A stretch of 64,000 bases of DNA from contig CATNEN010000038.1 of NCBI GenBank assembly GCA_950097015.1, positions 28,272,001 to 28,336,000 of the forward strand, given 5' to 3'. The stretch comes from Macrostomum hystrix (lineage: Eukaryota > Animalia > Platyhelminthes). This document shows, piece after piece, positions 1 through 11,139 of this stretch; position 1 is the first letter of the stretch; each line of letters starts with the position of its first letter. Below the pieces are notes generated by a model. The model searched no databases. It saw only the letters and a program-made list of their open reading frames with translations, and was not told the origin of the DNA. The translations under genes and the position numbers were made by a program.

Positions 1-1
1 A

Positions 2-511
2 GAAGTTTAGAGGCGTGCCGCTGACGAAGGCCAGGAGCTCTTCGCCGCGGTCATTGATTTTTGAGCTACCCCAGTGGGTGTGATGCGAGTTTACATCTCC
101 CGCGAGGAGCAGCTCGAAGTTTCGTGCCCTGGCGAATTCACAGAGGGCGACGAGGGTATCGCTAACCACGGGGGCGTCGCCTGCCAGGTAGGCGGATGCC
201 ACGAGGGTCAACTTGTTAGGCACAATGTGTGCAGATTGGATGACGCAGATGTCCCCGTTAGAGAGATCGGGTCTCATCCACGCATTTAAGGCTTTTGCGG
301 CATAGATCAGTGATCTAGGGCGGACAGAGTCTGCCATGCAGAAGCAGTCATAGCCAGCAGGAATGTTGCTTGGCTTGTTCTTTGATAGCCAGGGCTCCTG
401 CACAAGTACAAGGCCCGGCATCATGCGCTCTGTCGTGCGCATCAGATTGACTGATGCTGCCACGCAGTGCTGGGTGTTAACTTGCAGACATGATATTCCG
501 GGGATCATCAT
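2..511 (-). CDS. Retrotransposon ORF2 N-terminus, AP-endonuclease domain (partial, open at window edge)
   Basis: Hand translation MMIPGISCLQVNTQH..VLVQEPW..VASAYL..LAGDVNSHHTHWGSSKINDRGEELL; canonical APE motifs; absent from the ORF track. Confidence 0.92.
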   Translation of the reverse strand, partial: MMIPGISCLQVNTQHCVAASVNLMRTTERMMPGLVLVQEPWLSKNKPSNIPAGYDCFCMADSVRPRSLIYAAKALNAWMRPDLSNGDICVIQSAHIVPNKLTLVASAYLAGDAPVVSDTLVALCEFARARNFELLLAGDVNSHHTHWGSSKINDRGEELLAFVSGTPLNF

Positions 512-523
512 GCAGGCAGAGGT

Positions 524-2071
524 CTACTTGGAGGGGGACCCAGCCAGAAGGCGGTCCTCCTCCTCCGGGTCGATGTCGGTAGCCATGGGCTCCTCCGTGC
601 CCAGGCCCCGAGCCGGAGACGGGAACTCGACGGCGTCAGCCGCCCAGTCCCCGCCCCCGGCCCCGAGCCCAGGCCCAGAGTCGCCCTCAACTGGAGCCGA
701 CACCGCTCCCTGGGCCGTGGGAGGGGCGCTCGAAGGGCCCTGCTCGATGGAGCTGGGCACCTCTGAGGCCTCCCCCGTAGCCCTTGGTTGCGGCGCCTGC
801 CCCGGTGGGCCACCGCGCATCTCAGCGCGCAGCTGGGCCATCTTGGCGGTTCGCACCACCTCGGAGGCCCGCTGGAGAAGGCCCCGGCGCTTTGTGACAC
901 GCGCGGGGCGACGCTCAGAGCTGCCAGCGATGGCACGCTCTGGCCTTTTTTGGCGGGACGACTGGGCCCTGCCCCCAGTCCCAGCCTTGGGGTCCGAGGA
1001 CCCTTCATTGGCCGGTACGGTGGTGGGCCCGGTCTGACCTCGGGTTTTATCCGCCTCGAAGGCGAAGATTTTGGTCTTCCACAGACCAATGCAAATGTTG
1101 GCGCCATCTGGGTAGCGGCGTGTCCATTGCTCGGACAGGCCCAGAATGGCGGTGAAACCGGTGCCGTCGGGGCGCAGGATCGTGCGGTGCACGATCAGGC
1201 CCGCTGTCGGCAGCTCCCGGTTCATCGCGATGAGGCCCCTGCGGAGGTCCTCAGCGCTGGTGACGACACTTTTCGCCGGGACGAAGATACGGTGTCGCTT
1301 GGTCTTTGGTGGCTCGTTCTCCCGTAGGAACTCGAGGCCAGCCGCCCAGCTCTGCGTGGGCAGCAACTCGAGGAGCCGCCGCCCCGATTCCGCATCGCCG
1401 GGCCAGACGACGAAGCACGATTCCCTGGTAGCGCTTGCGCCGACCGCCAGGGGCTCGCCCTTCAGTTGAAGTTGCCACAACATAGCATCTATGTTGCGGC
1501 AAATGTCGCTGAGCTGTTCGCTGCTCAGCCTTTTCCCGTCTCTGCCGGTGATGATGACGGCAGGTTGCCTACGTGCGATGGCGGCGTAGGTAGCTTGTGG
1601 TCCCGGGCCCTGTCCGGTGGCGTCCCCACCCTCGGGATCTGCGTCGGCGGTGGGCACTGGGCCCTCCGCCTCCGCTTCTCCTTCGGGCCGGGCAGCCGTC
1701 CGGATGGGCGCCGGGCCCTCCTTGGCCCGCGACCCTGGCCTCGGGGCGTCGTGGGCTCCGCCCCGTGCAGGAGCCTGGGCAGGAGGCACAAGGCCCCCCG
1801 CCCCAGCCCCCGCCCTAGGCAGAGCCCCTTCGGCCCCTCTGGCCTGGGCCTGGTCCTTGGTCAATGGAGCCGACGTGCCGTGGGCCAGCATGCGCCTACG
1901 GCGTTTTGCCGCTCCAGAGGTGGTGGAGCGCTTAGCGCCCCGGTCATCGCGCGAGTTGGGCAGCGCGGCATTTGTGGCGGTCGCGGGGCCAGCTAGCCCG
2001 GGCGCCGCAGCGTGTATGGCCTCAGGCACCATGGTGTCCTCGGCCGGAGCAGTTGAAGGGCTAGAAGCCAT
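524..2071 (-). CDS. Retrotransposon ORF1 (gag-like, LOA-type)
   Basis: Intact 515-aa ORF directly upstream of ORF2; SGAAKRRRR and IFVP..LIAMNRELPT segments resemble LOA ORF1 (DUF4780-like, by eye). Confidence 0.8.
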   Translation of the reverse strand: MASSPSTAPAEDTMVPEAIHAAAPGLAGPATATNAALPNSRDDRGAKRSTTSGAAKRRRRMLAHGTSAPLTKDQAQARGAEGALPRAGAGAGGLVPPAQAPARGGAHDAPRPGSRAKEGPAPIRTAARPEGEAEAEGPVPTADADPEGGDATGQGPGPQATYAAIARRQPAVIITGRDGKRLSSEQLSDICRNIDAMLWQLQLKGEPLAVGASATRESCFVVWPGDAESGRRLLELLPTQSWAAGLEFLRENEPPKTKRHRIFVPAKSVVTSAEDLRRGLIAMNRELPTAGLIVHRTILRPDGTGFTAILGLSEQWTRRYPDGANICIGLWKTKIFAFEADKTRGQTGPTTVPANEGSSDPKAGTGGRAQSSRQKRPERAIAGSSERRPARVTKRRGLLQRASEVVRTAKMAQLRAEMRGGPPGQAPQPRATGEASEVPSSIEQGPSSAPPTAQGAVSAPVEGDSGPGLGAGGGDWAADAVEFPSPARGLGTEEPMATDIDPEEEDRLLAGSPSK

Positions 2072-3889
2072 TGAAAGCTGCAATGAAGAGAGGGGCTTCC
2101 TGTAGACACAGGCAGGAATAACCCGCTCAGCCGCGATCCCAAAACTGAGCGGGGGCAGCCAAAAAAGACAAGTTACAACCCGGGGTGGGATGCCAGGACC
2201 ACCGGGAGGAACCGTAAGAGACCAGACTACTCCCTGGCCAAGCGTCCATCAGCACGGTCAACACTGGGACATTGGAGGGTGCCATTGAGCCGGCGCCGAG
2301 GCCTGCGGGCTGGCCGCAAACCCTGTTAAGGTCAAAGGGTGACACCTGTCCCTCAGGGCCGTAGCCAGAGGTACCTGATCACGCACAGGTGCACGAAAAT
2401 TGCGGACAAGCCACATACCCTGTTAAGGTCAAAGGGTGACACCTTTCCCTCCAGCCGGGGCTAGAGGTACCCAGTTTGGCCGGAGGCCCTGGATGGGTCA
2501 TCCAGCGCTGTTGCCCATTCTGTCCGGCTGCCCTAGGGTCAGCCTTGAACACTCGCGGGACGTGTACCCATGGGTCAGCTGACGGGACAGCGTTGGAGGG
2601 ATTCCTGCACCCGAAGGTACAGGTCTCCTTCCTGCCAGGCCTGCTCAAAAAACGGCTGCAGGTGTGAGGCATCGCAGACCAAAGCCCGTGGGCCTGGACT
2701 GACTCATACCTCACAGGCACTGTGTCCCGCCGGTGCGAGCAATATTTGCGCCTTACACACGCATAATATTACACGCAAACTTGTCAAAACGTGCATCAGG
2801 GAGAGAGTAAAAGTAGAGAGGATGGCTCGCCGTTATAATCAAGCAGTCCATACGACTCGCATAGCAGTGCCAGTGATCAGTTCCCTGGCACTACAAAAGT
2901 TTTTAACTTCTTTATATTCTCTTTGAGTTCTCTTTGGGATGCACAGATGTCTTCAATATCTTAGGAACTTCTCAATAAAAATTCTTATTCTCATAAAAGC
3001 TGTGTTAAGCATTTCACTTTAAGGTCCACAACTAAATGGCTTCTTCGTTCCACGAGTATTTTGTAACTCCACCGAGATTTTGGCTGTTTGATTTTACTAA
3101 CCGCGTAAATTTTCATAATTGTCCGACTTGTCTGAAAAAAACATTTCATAGATTTATTGGGCTTTTACCAAATTTCCCAAGTAGCAGTTTTTTGTTTGAT
3201 GCCTTTGACAAATAATATGCTTGTATGGTGTTCGCTTTTACGTCTCTCAAGCTGCGTGATAAGGCTTGTTCTTGCTTTGTTTTGCTCGCGATTTATTAAG
3301 AGAATTTCGCATCAGTGCGTGCTCATTTTCTTAAATCAGTCGATAGCTTAGTCAAGACATTTGATCCAAAAGGATTAGAAGGATTAGGAAAAAAGATTTT
3401 TTGCCTCAGAGTGCAGTAAATTTTGTCAATATCTTTCATTTATCTGGTGCCCTTATAGTTCATTTTAATAAGTAACTTTTGAACTTAAAGATATTAAATC
3501 ATAACTTTCTAAGTTATAAAGATTTTTAGATATATAGCCTTATCTCTTAACGTTAGAAAAACCGCTTAAGCGTTTCAAATACTTTATCCTAAAATACCCT
3601 CAAAATTTTGTTGACAGAGACACGTTGTATCATTGCAATTGCGCCTGCATTTTAATTCGTACTTTAGCATAAATAAGCTTAGATGTTTGAAATGTAGCAA
3701 ATAAAGAATATTTTATGCTTACGTTGGCTAGACGAGAATGGCATTTAAACTAACTACTAAAGATTATCCGTATTTGAAAACAGTCGTTCACGATAAGACT
3801 TTGCCAGCGCAATTTTTCCTTAATTTTCATCTATTTTTGACAAACTAAACTAAAAGCCAAGAGAAATCACAATAGCAACAAAAAAGTAA

Positions 3890-4213
3890 ATGCCTCGCGG
3901 TGGTGGCACAACAAAGCGGAGCAGTCGAGGTCAGGCACGCTCCTTAACAACTAAACAGCCTCGTCTGGACTATTCAAACAATGAGTTACCTCTGCCGCAT
4001 TACAATGACACAAGCGATGATGATTTCCAAGACCAAGATGGCATCGCTGAAGATGATTCGCAGCCTTCATCAAGCGTCATCGCTTCGAAGCGACAATACT
4101 CCGCTGCTGGTCCAACCATGTGCCTTGGCGGCTTTCGTCTGCAGCCGGAACCGTCCAGCTCCCACAGGTGCTGCATCGCCGGCTGCAATGTACTGCTAAA
4201 TGGACCAGTCAAG
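3890..4213 (+). CDS. Orphan Cys-rich protein, exon 1 of 4 (736 aa spliced)
   Basis: ATG 3890; donor AAG|GTGCGA, phase 0. Confidence 0.7.
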
Positions 4214-4317
4214 GTGCGAAATGCGAATGACCAGAGTTTTTGGCCAGAGCTCTACCAACATTCCTGACTAAATACTCACCTGAATTCCATCCATTTTCAC
4301 CCTGTCATTTCCCTCAG

Positions 4318-4914
4318 ATACCGCTGTGCAAGCTTCGCTGTGGTCTATATGAGCTGCGCCCAGGCACGGGTCCTCTTGACTCCGTCTGCGTTGACCACGC
4401 CGCAGCCGCAGCCGCGGCCGATTGCGAATCGGTCGCATCGCACGGCCCGGGACCGGCGCCAGTTCCGGAAACTCTGGTGTGCCTGCTGTGCAAGGCCAGC
4501 TGTCTAGCGTACGGTGTAGCCTGTGTTAGGCACAGCCTACCGGCTCCGGGACACCTGCTGCCTGTTCTGGGCGCCGCTGTTCGATTGTGCGCCAGCTGCG
4601 CTCACGTTGAAGCTACCGACACTGACCAGCAGCAGCAACAGCAGCAGCATCAGCATCAGCTTCTATCCTCGGCGAATGCAACGACTTCTTCGGCCTTTCA
4701 TTTCGCCTGTCGTCGATGCTATTCCGCTCTGCTCTCTAGTCGTCGCTTTGCCGACGTCGGCATAGTCAGCGCCGGAGTCGGTTTATTAACCGACGAAGAA
4801 GTGGCATTTTTCGATGATAAACCAAACAAAATTGAGCAATACGTTGAACAGGCTGACGACTTTGATGATGATGAAGTTGGCGGCTACTTTGCCGCCTTGC
4901 CGGCTGGCGAAGAT
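4318..4914 (+). CDS. Orphan Cys-rich protein, exon 2
   Basis: ccctcAG acceptor, GAT|GTAAGA donor, in frame; CxxC/CxxH motifs, poly-Q. Confidence 0.75.
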
Positions 4915-4924
4915 GTAAGACATG

Positions 4925-5447
4925 GGGATTAGGGGAATTAGAATTCGTAGGATTAGAATGGTGGCATTGGGGTGAGGTCAGTAGGGTTAGAGGAGTGACA
5001 TTGGGATGTGGTCATTAGGATTAGAAGAGAGTGACATTAGGAAGAGTTCAAAAGGATTAGAAGAGTAACATTGGGAAGAATTCAAAAGGATTAGAAGAGT
5101 AACATTGGGAAGAAGTCAAAAGGATTAGAAGAGTGACAATGGGAAGAAGTCAAAAGGATTAGAAGAGTGACAATGGGAAGAAGTCAAAAGGATTAGAAGA
5201 GTGACAATGGGAAGAAGTCATAAGGATTAGAATAGGGACAATGGGAAGAAGTCATAAGGATTAGAATAGGGACAATGGGAAGAAGTCAAAAGGATTAGAA
5301 TAGGGACAATGGGAAGAAGTCATAAGGATTAGAATAGGGACAATGGGAAGAAGTCAAAAGGATTAGAATAGGGACAATGGGAAGAAGTCATAAGGATTAG
5401 AATAGGGACAATGGGAAGAAGTCATAAGGATTAGAATAGGGACAATG
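4925..5447. repeat. 34-bp minisatellite
   Basis: Unit GGATTAGAATAGGGACAATGGGAAGAAGTCATAA. Confidence 0.9.
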
Positions 5448-5531
5448 GTAAGTATTTATGAATACTCTCTGGTCTGTACAAGGTCAGTTCAGTATCTCAT
5501 GAATCATTGTCCAATCAAACAACTGTTCCAG

Positions 5532-6452
5532 CAATTGCGCCAGACGCCAACAATGTCCTCATTGTTCACATCTGCTCAGCAGCGAGGTAGGCAAAGAATT
5601 GAGCTGGCTAAGATTGTATCAACCGCTCTGCGGAGTTCGGCTAGGACAGGGCTGGAACGTCGGCTGGCTGAATGTCTGGCCGCTAATTGCGCGGACTATA
5701 GCGAAGCTTGGGACAGGCATTACGTCAACTGTCAATCATCGCATCAATCAGCATCGACATTGTTAAACTTCGGTCCAGTTTGTCGACTCTGTCCGAAACA
5801 GTTAAGCTCAAATGAGACGCTTAAAGCCGCATTTGGTTGTCCGTTAATTTCGGTTGACAAATCGTTAATTGAATTACGGCCAAAAAGTAACGAAATTAAT
5901 AATAATAGACTGACAGTGCGAATTCATCTGGACCTGGGAGCTGCTGATCATTTCGAACTGAGGTTGTCGTCTTTCAAATCCAATGACACCGATGAGCGGC
6001 ATTGTTCAGATGTTGCTGCTGTCTTGTTGCCTCTTCCAACGTCAGCTTCAGAAGTGGCTTGCATTTATCTGCATTGTCTGCTAGCTGAACTGCCTAAGCT
6101 GTCTCTGTGTCCAGGTGTTATTGTTGATGGTCGATCTGCCAGGCATTCTAAGCGCTGCCAGATAATCCTGACATCGGAAGATATCGAAACACCGTCTGCT
6201 AGCCAATCTTCCACTAGTAGCAACAGTCGCTTCTGCTGCTTAGCCTGTCGACGTCTCGCCGTTTGTCTGTCGACCACAAAGTCGGCGCCACCTTCTTTGA
6301 CATTGTCAACTGATTCGCCGCTTCGTAATCTGCGCTGTCTGGTTGACCTGTGCGAGAGGTCGGCAGCCTTGAAGCCGGGAACCGATTTGTTCTTGCTGCT
6401 CTGTCACGCAATGAAATCTGCTCTGATGACTAAACTGGCTACTGACCAGCTG
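5532..6452 (+). CDS. Orphan Cys-rich protein, exon 3
   Basis: ttccAG acceptor, CTG|GTGAGT donor, 307 codons in frame. Confidence 0.75.
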
Positions 6453-6461
6453 GTGAGTAGT

Positions 6462-6650
6462 GTCCATGGACTGGTGGGACGCAATACCCATCCACAATTA
6501 CCCCAGCTAATTTTGGTACCCTAAGTGAAATGAAGCGATGCAGAGTCAAGTGTCTTGCTAAACGAAACAATTGTTTCTAATCGAGTCTGGAATCGAACCC
6601 CCGACCTTCAAGTAACGAGTCCGACGCTCTTACCTCTAAGCTAAAGCCTC
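6462..6650 (-). mobile_element. tRNA-derived CORE-like SINE (family A), degenerate
   Basis: B box GGTTCGATTCC and TAGCAAGACACTT core shared with copies at 50.8 and 61.4 kb. Confidence 0.75.
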
Positions 6651-6800
6651 AATTAATTGTTCGGAATATCATTAACAGTAGAAAGAACCGAATGACCGAT
6701 TTTCGTGAAAGTCCACCATATTGTCACTAGGGTCAAAGACCCTAGTGACAAGAACAAGTGGTATTGTAGATTTTTTTAAGTAAAGTTTTCCATTTTTCAG

Positions 6801-7169
6801 TCCGTTCGTCATCGCCAACCGCCTCTGGTGTGTCACAGCAGGCTGATTCAACTAGCCGCTAGTCTGCTGTGCTTTCTGGGCACTAAGGCCTACTCTCTGC
6901 TAATCCTTAATCTGCCCCTAGGACTGCCAACAGCAGGCGAACTAACTCGCTGTCATCTGGACAATGCATTACTGGAGGCTCTGCAGAGCAGAGACAAGCT
7001 GGCCGCTAACCCTCCTGCTTTGTCTTCTTCAGCAACAGCCTCGACTACTAGAAGAAGCAAAACAGTCAATCAGGTTGACAAACTGATGCCACAGCAATTG
7101 GTTGTTGAAAATAGTGCGCCAATAAGTCGGCCAATTTGTGTTAAGCGAGTTCATGTTACAATTCCCTGA
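6801..7169 (+). CDS. Orphan Cys-rich protein, exon 4 (P-element HTH-like segment)
   Basis: tttttcAG acceptor, in frame to TGA; GTKAYSLLILNLPLGLPT. Confidence 0.7.
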   Translation, partial: SVRHRQPPLVCHSRLIQLAASLLCFLGTKAYSLLILNLPLGLPTAGELTRCHLDNALLEALQSRDKLAANPPALSSSATASTTRRSKTVNQVDKLMPQQLVVENSAPISRPICVKRVHVTIP

Positions 7170-7324
7170 CGCTTAGTGTGCTACTTTTCGAATTGAACTC
7201 AGTAGTATGTTGTTAATTTAAGTTCCTTTTTGTTTCGCTTGTTGCAGTTAGTGTTTTTTGTTACAGCCATTGTATTGTCGTTTCTGTGACATTTTTATTA
7301 TTCATTCCTTACGCCTTTGTTATT

Positions 7325-8405
7325 AATCCCATTGTCCATCTGGGTAATTCCATGCTGATCCCATTGTCAATCAGTACTCGTATAATCCCATGCTGATCCC
7401 ATTGCCAATCAGTACTCGTATAATCCCATGCTGATCCCATTGCCAATCAGTACTCGTATAATCCCGTGCTGATCCCATTGTCAATCCTTATAATCCCGTG
7501 CTGATCCCATTGTCAATCAGTATAATCCCGTGCTGATCCCATTGTCAATCAGTATAATGTCATGCTGATCCCATTGTCAATCAGTATAATGCCATGCTAA
7601 TCCCATTGTCAATCAGTATAATGCCATGCTAATCCTATTGTCAATCAGTATAATCCCGTGCTGATCCCATTGTCAATCCTTATAATCCCATGCTGATCCC
7701 ATTGTCAATCAGTATAATCCCGTGCTGATCCCATTGTCAATCAGTATAATCCCGTGCTGATCCCATTGTCAATCAGTATAATCCCGTGCTGATCCCATTG
7801 TCAATCAGTATAATCCCGTGCTGATCCCATTGTCAATCAGTATAATGTCATGCTGATCCCATTGTCAATCAGTATAATGTCATGCTGATCCCATTGTCAA
7901 TCAGTATAATCCCGTGCTGATCCCATTGTCAATCCTTATAATCCCATGCTGATCCCATTGTCAATCAGTATAATCCCGTGCTGATCCCATTGTCAATCAG
8001 TATAATGTCATGCTGATCCCATTGTCAATCAGTATAATCCCGTGCTGATCCCATTGTCAATCAGTATAATCCCGTGCTGATCCCATTGTCAATCAGTATA
8101 ATGCCATGCTAATCCCATTGTCAATCAGTATAATCCCGTGCTGATCCCATTGTCAATCAGTATAATGTCATGCTGATCCCATTGTCAATCAGTATAATGC
8201 CGTGCTGATCCCATTGTCAATCAGTATAATGTCATGCTGATCCCATTGTCAATCAGTATAATGCCATGCTAATCCCATTGTCAATCAGTATAATGCCATG
8301 CTGATCCCATTGTCAATCAGTATAATGCCATGCTAATCCCATTGTCAATCAGTATAATGCCATGCTAATCCCATTGTCAATCAGTATAATGCCATGCTAA
8401 TCCTA
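7325..8405. repeat. 32-bp minisatellite
   Basis: Unit TATAATCCCGTGCTGATCCCATTGTCAATCAG. Confidence 0.95.
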
Positions 8406-8859
8406 TTTGCATTCAATACAGCAGAAGAGTTTTAAGTTAGCAAAAAGTATTTAAGCCGGAAGGCAACAATTTGAGAAAATTTATGGGTTAGTTTTTTATT
8501 TAAAAACGAATTTACTTGGATATTTCAATTACTGAAGCTGTTACTAAAGTGCTTCATCAGGAAAAGACGCAGGTAAAGTCTAGCAGATGTAGCCACATCT
8601 GGTCTCTCATTTGCTTGCCTTATACCACTTTCTGGAAGTGATCCATAACCTAGGATCACATTATAGACAATATAATCGATTAACACTTTAGGATCAGTCA
8701 TGAAAATACAGAAAGTTACATTTTACAAGTTTCAAATTGGCATCCTAGAGGAGCTGATGTTCTCGCTCTATACTACTGGCAGTATAAATACGAAAATTGG
8801 CAGATTTTTTGCAACATTGGTCGATAAAATTTTATAACAATTAAGGAATGCATTAGATA

Positions 8860-10150
8860 CACCTGATAACAAAGTGTCACACCTGACAACCAGACATCTT
8901 ACCTTACAGCCAAGCATCTCACCTGACAACCAGACATCTTACCTGACAGCCAAGCATCTCACCTGACAACCAAGCATCTCACCTGACAACCAGACATCTT
9001 ACCTGACAGCCAAGCATCTCACCTGACAACCAGACATCTTACCTGACAGCCAAGCATCTCACCTGACAACCAGACATCTTACCTGACAGCCAAGCATCTC
9101 ACCTGACAACCAGACATCTTACCTGACAGCCAAGCATCTCACCTGACAACCAAGCATCTCACCTGACAACCAAGCATCTCACCTGACAACCAGACATCTT
9201 ACCTGACAGCCAAGCACCTCACCTGACAACCAAGCATCTCACCTGACAACCAAGCATCTCACCTGACAGCCAAGCATCTCACCTGACAACTAAACATCTC
9301 ACCTGACAACCAGACATCTTACCTGACAGCAAAGCATCTCACCTGACAACCAAGCATCTCACCTGACAACTAAGCATCTCACCTGACAGCCAAGCATCTC
9401 ACCTGACAACTAAGCATCTCACCTGACAGCCAAGCATCTTACCTGACAGCAAAGCATCTCACCTGACAACCAAGCATCTCACCTGACAACTAAGCATCTC
9501 ACCTGACAGCCAAGCATCTCACCTGACAACTAACCATCTCACCTGACAACCAGACATCTCACCTGACAACCAAGCATCTCACCTGACAGCCAAGCATCTC
9601 ACCTGACAACCAAGCCTCTCACCTGACAATCAAGCATCTCACCTGACAACCAAGCATCTCACCTGACAACTAAGCATCTCACCTGACAGCCAAGCATCTT
9701 ACCTGACAGCAAAGCATCTCAACTGACAACCAAGCATCTCACCTGACAACTAAGCATCTCACCTGACAGCCAAGCATCTCACCTGACAACTAAGCATCTC
9801 ACCTGACAACCAGACATCTCACCTGACAACCAAGCATCTCACCTGACAGCCAAGCATCTCACCTGACAACCAAGCCTCTCACCTGACAATCAAGCATCTC
9901 ACCTGACAACCAAGCATCTCACCTGACGGCCAAGCATCTCACCTGACAACTAAGCATCTCACCTGACAGCCAAGCATCTCACCTGACAACCAAGCATCTC
10001 ACCTGACAACCAGACATCTTACCTGACAACCAAGCATCTCACCTGACAACCAAGCACCTCACCTGACAACCAAGCATCTCACCTGACAACTAAGCATCTC
10101 ACCTGACAACCAGACATCTTACCTGACAACCAAGCATCTCACCTGACAAC
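8860..10150. repeat. 20-bp minisatellite
   Basis: Unit ACCTGACAACCAAGCATCTC. Confidence 0.95.
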
Positions 10151-10244
10151 CATAACCCAGTTTCTCGCCTGTCAAGCCAGCATTTTGCCCGTCTGATGTA
10201 TTTTTTCTACGAAATTCCTATTTTCTTCGTATTACGACTGGCTT

Positions 10245-10310
10245 CAACCAATCAGCATCCAGAAGCTCCTATCCAAAACTATGCAACTCCCAGCCAATCC
10301 GACGTCAGCT
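10245..10310 (+). promoter_or_regulatory. Possible GPCR proximal promoter (two CCAAT boxes and a CRE-like GACGTCA)
   Basis: AACCAATCAG and AGCCAATCCGACGTCAG about 100-160 nt upstream of the ATG. Confidence 0.35.
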
Positions 10311-10404
10311 TGACAAATAGCAGTCAGGAAGCTTGTATTTCTGCTTCCGTCTCGCGATTCTATCGCGAGCAAAGCCGAGTTGTCGAATTTCTGAGCAGTG
10401 AGTA

Positions 10405-11106
10405 ATGAATAACGACAAACAAATGTCGGATTCTCATTACTGGATAGCCCTGCCTTTCATGTGCCTGCTAGTTGTGGCTACAATTGGCGGCAATGTGCTA
10501 GTTATTGTCGCCGTCTTCACGAATAGAGTGTTGCGTCAGGTGCAAAACTTCCTGCTAGTTAGTCTGGCCTCGGCCGATCTGGCTGTTGGTATTCTGGTGA
10601 TGCCGTTGCAGATTAAACTGTACGCTACTAGACAGCGCTGGCTTCTACCTAGGGTGTTCTGCACAATGTTCACTACAATGGATATCTTCTGTTGCACCGC
10701 CAGCATTCTAAATCTAGCCGCTATAGCGGTGGATCGATACGCAGCCATTCGCTATCCTGTTCAGTACGCCAGCCGTCGCACCCTGACCACAGTCCTGACA
10801 ATGATCGCCGTCGCTTTCGGCCTCAGCGGAGTTATCAGCGTCGGGCCTATACTGGGCTTTCGTCGGTCGGACAAGAACGACACGGCGGCCGCCGTGATGC
10901 TTTTTAATAGTTCTATGAACTGCACCCTGCCCAATATGCACAGCTACATCATCTTCAGCGCTATGGGCAGTTTTTATATTCCCGCCTGCCTAATTATCAG
11001 CCTGTACGTCAAGATCTATCTGGCACTGCGGCGTAGGCTGCGCAGGCGAGATCGAGAATCTGCAGTTAGTCGCTTCTCGTTTGGCGCTAGCGGCATCGCC
11101 TGCTCG
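10405..11106 (+). CDS. Biogenic amine GPCR (tyramine/octopamine receptor-like), exon 1, TM1-5
   Basis: GNVLVI, SLASADL, TM3 Asp in MDIFCCTASILNL, DRY, SAMGSFYIP; donor TCG|GTGAGT phase 0. Confidence 0.93.
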
Positions 11107-11139
11107 GTGAGTACTTGATGGTGCCTGGTCTGTGGATTG

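Larger units (their letters stand above)
1..2895 (-). mobile_element. Non-LTR retrotransposon (LOA/R1 group), 5' half; continues past the window start
   Basis: GC-rich block with ORF1 and an APE-bearing ORF2 plus about 800 nt of 5' UTR; abrupt switch to AT-rich DNA near 2895 (boundary approximate). Confidence 0.88.

Noticed and set aside
2185-2260. HDV-like ribozyme in the LINE 5' UTR (CGG-UUCCUC-CCG)
   Set aside because: Could not build P1, P1.1 and P2 consistently
74-2926. Many overlapping or antisense ORFs in the retrotransposon
   Set aside because: Shadow ORFs of GC-rich sequence; ORF1 and ORF2 explain the coding signal
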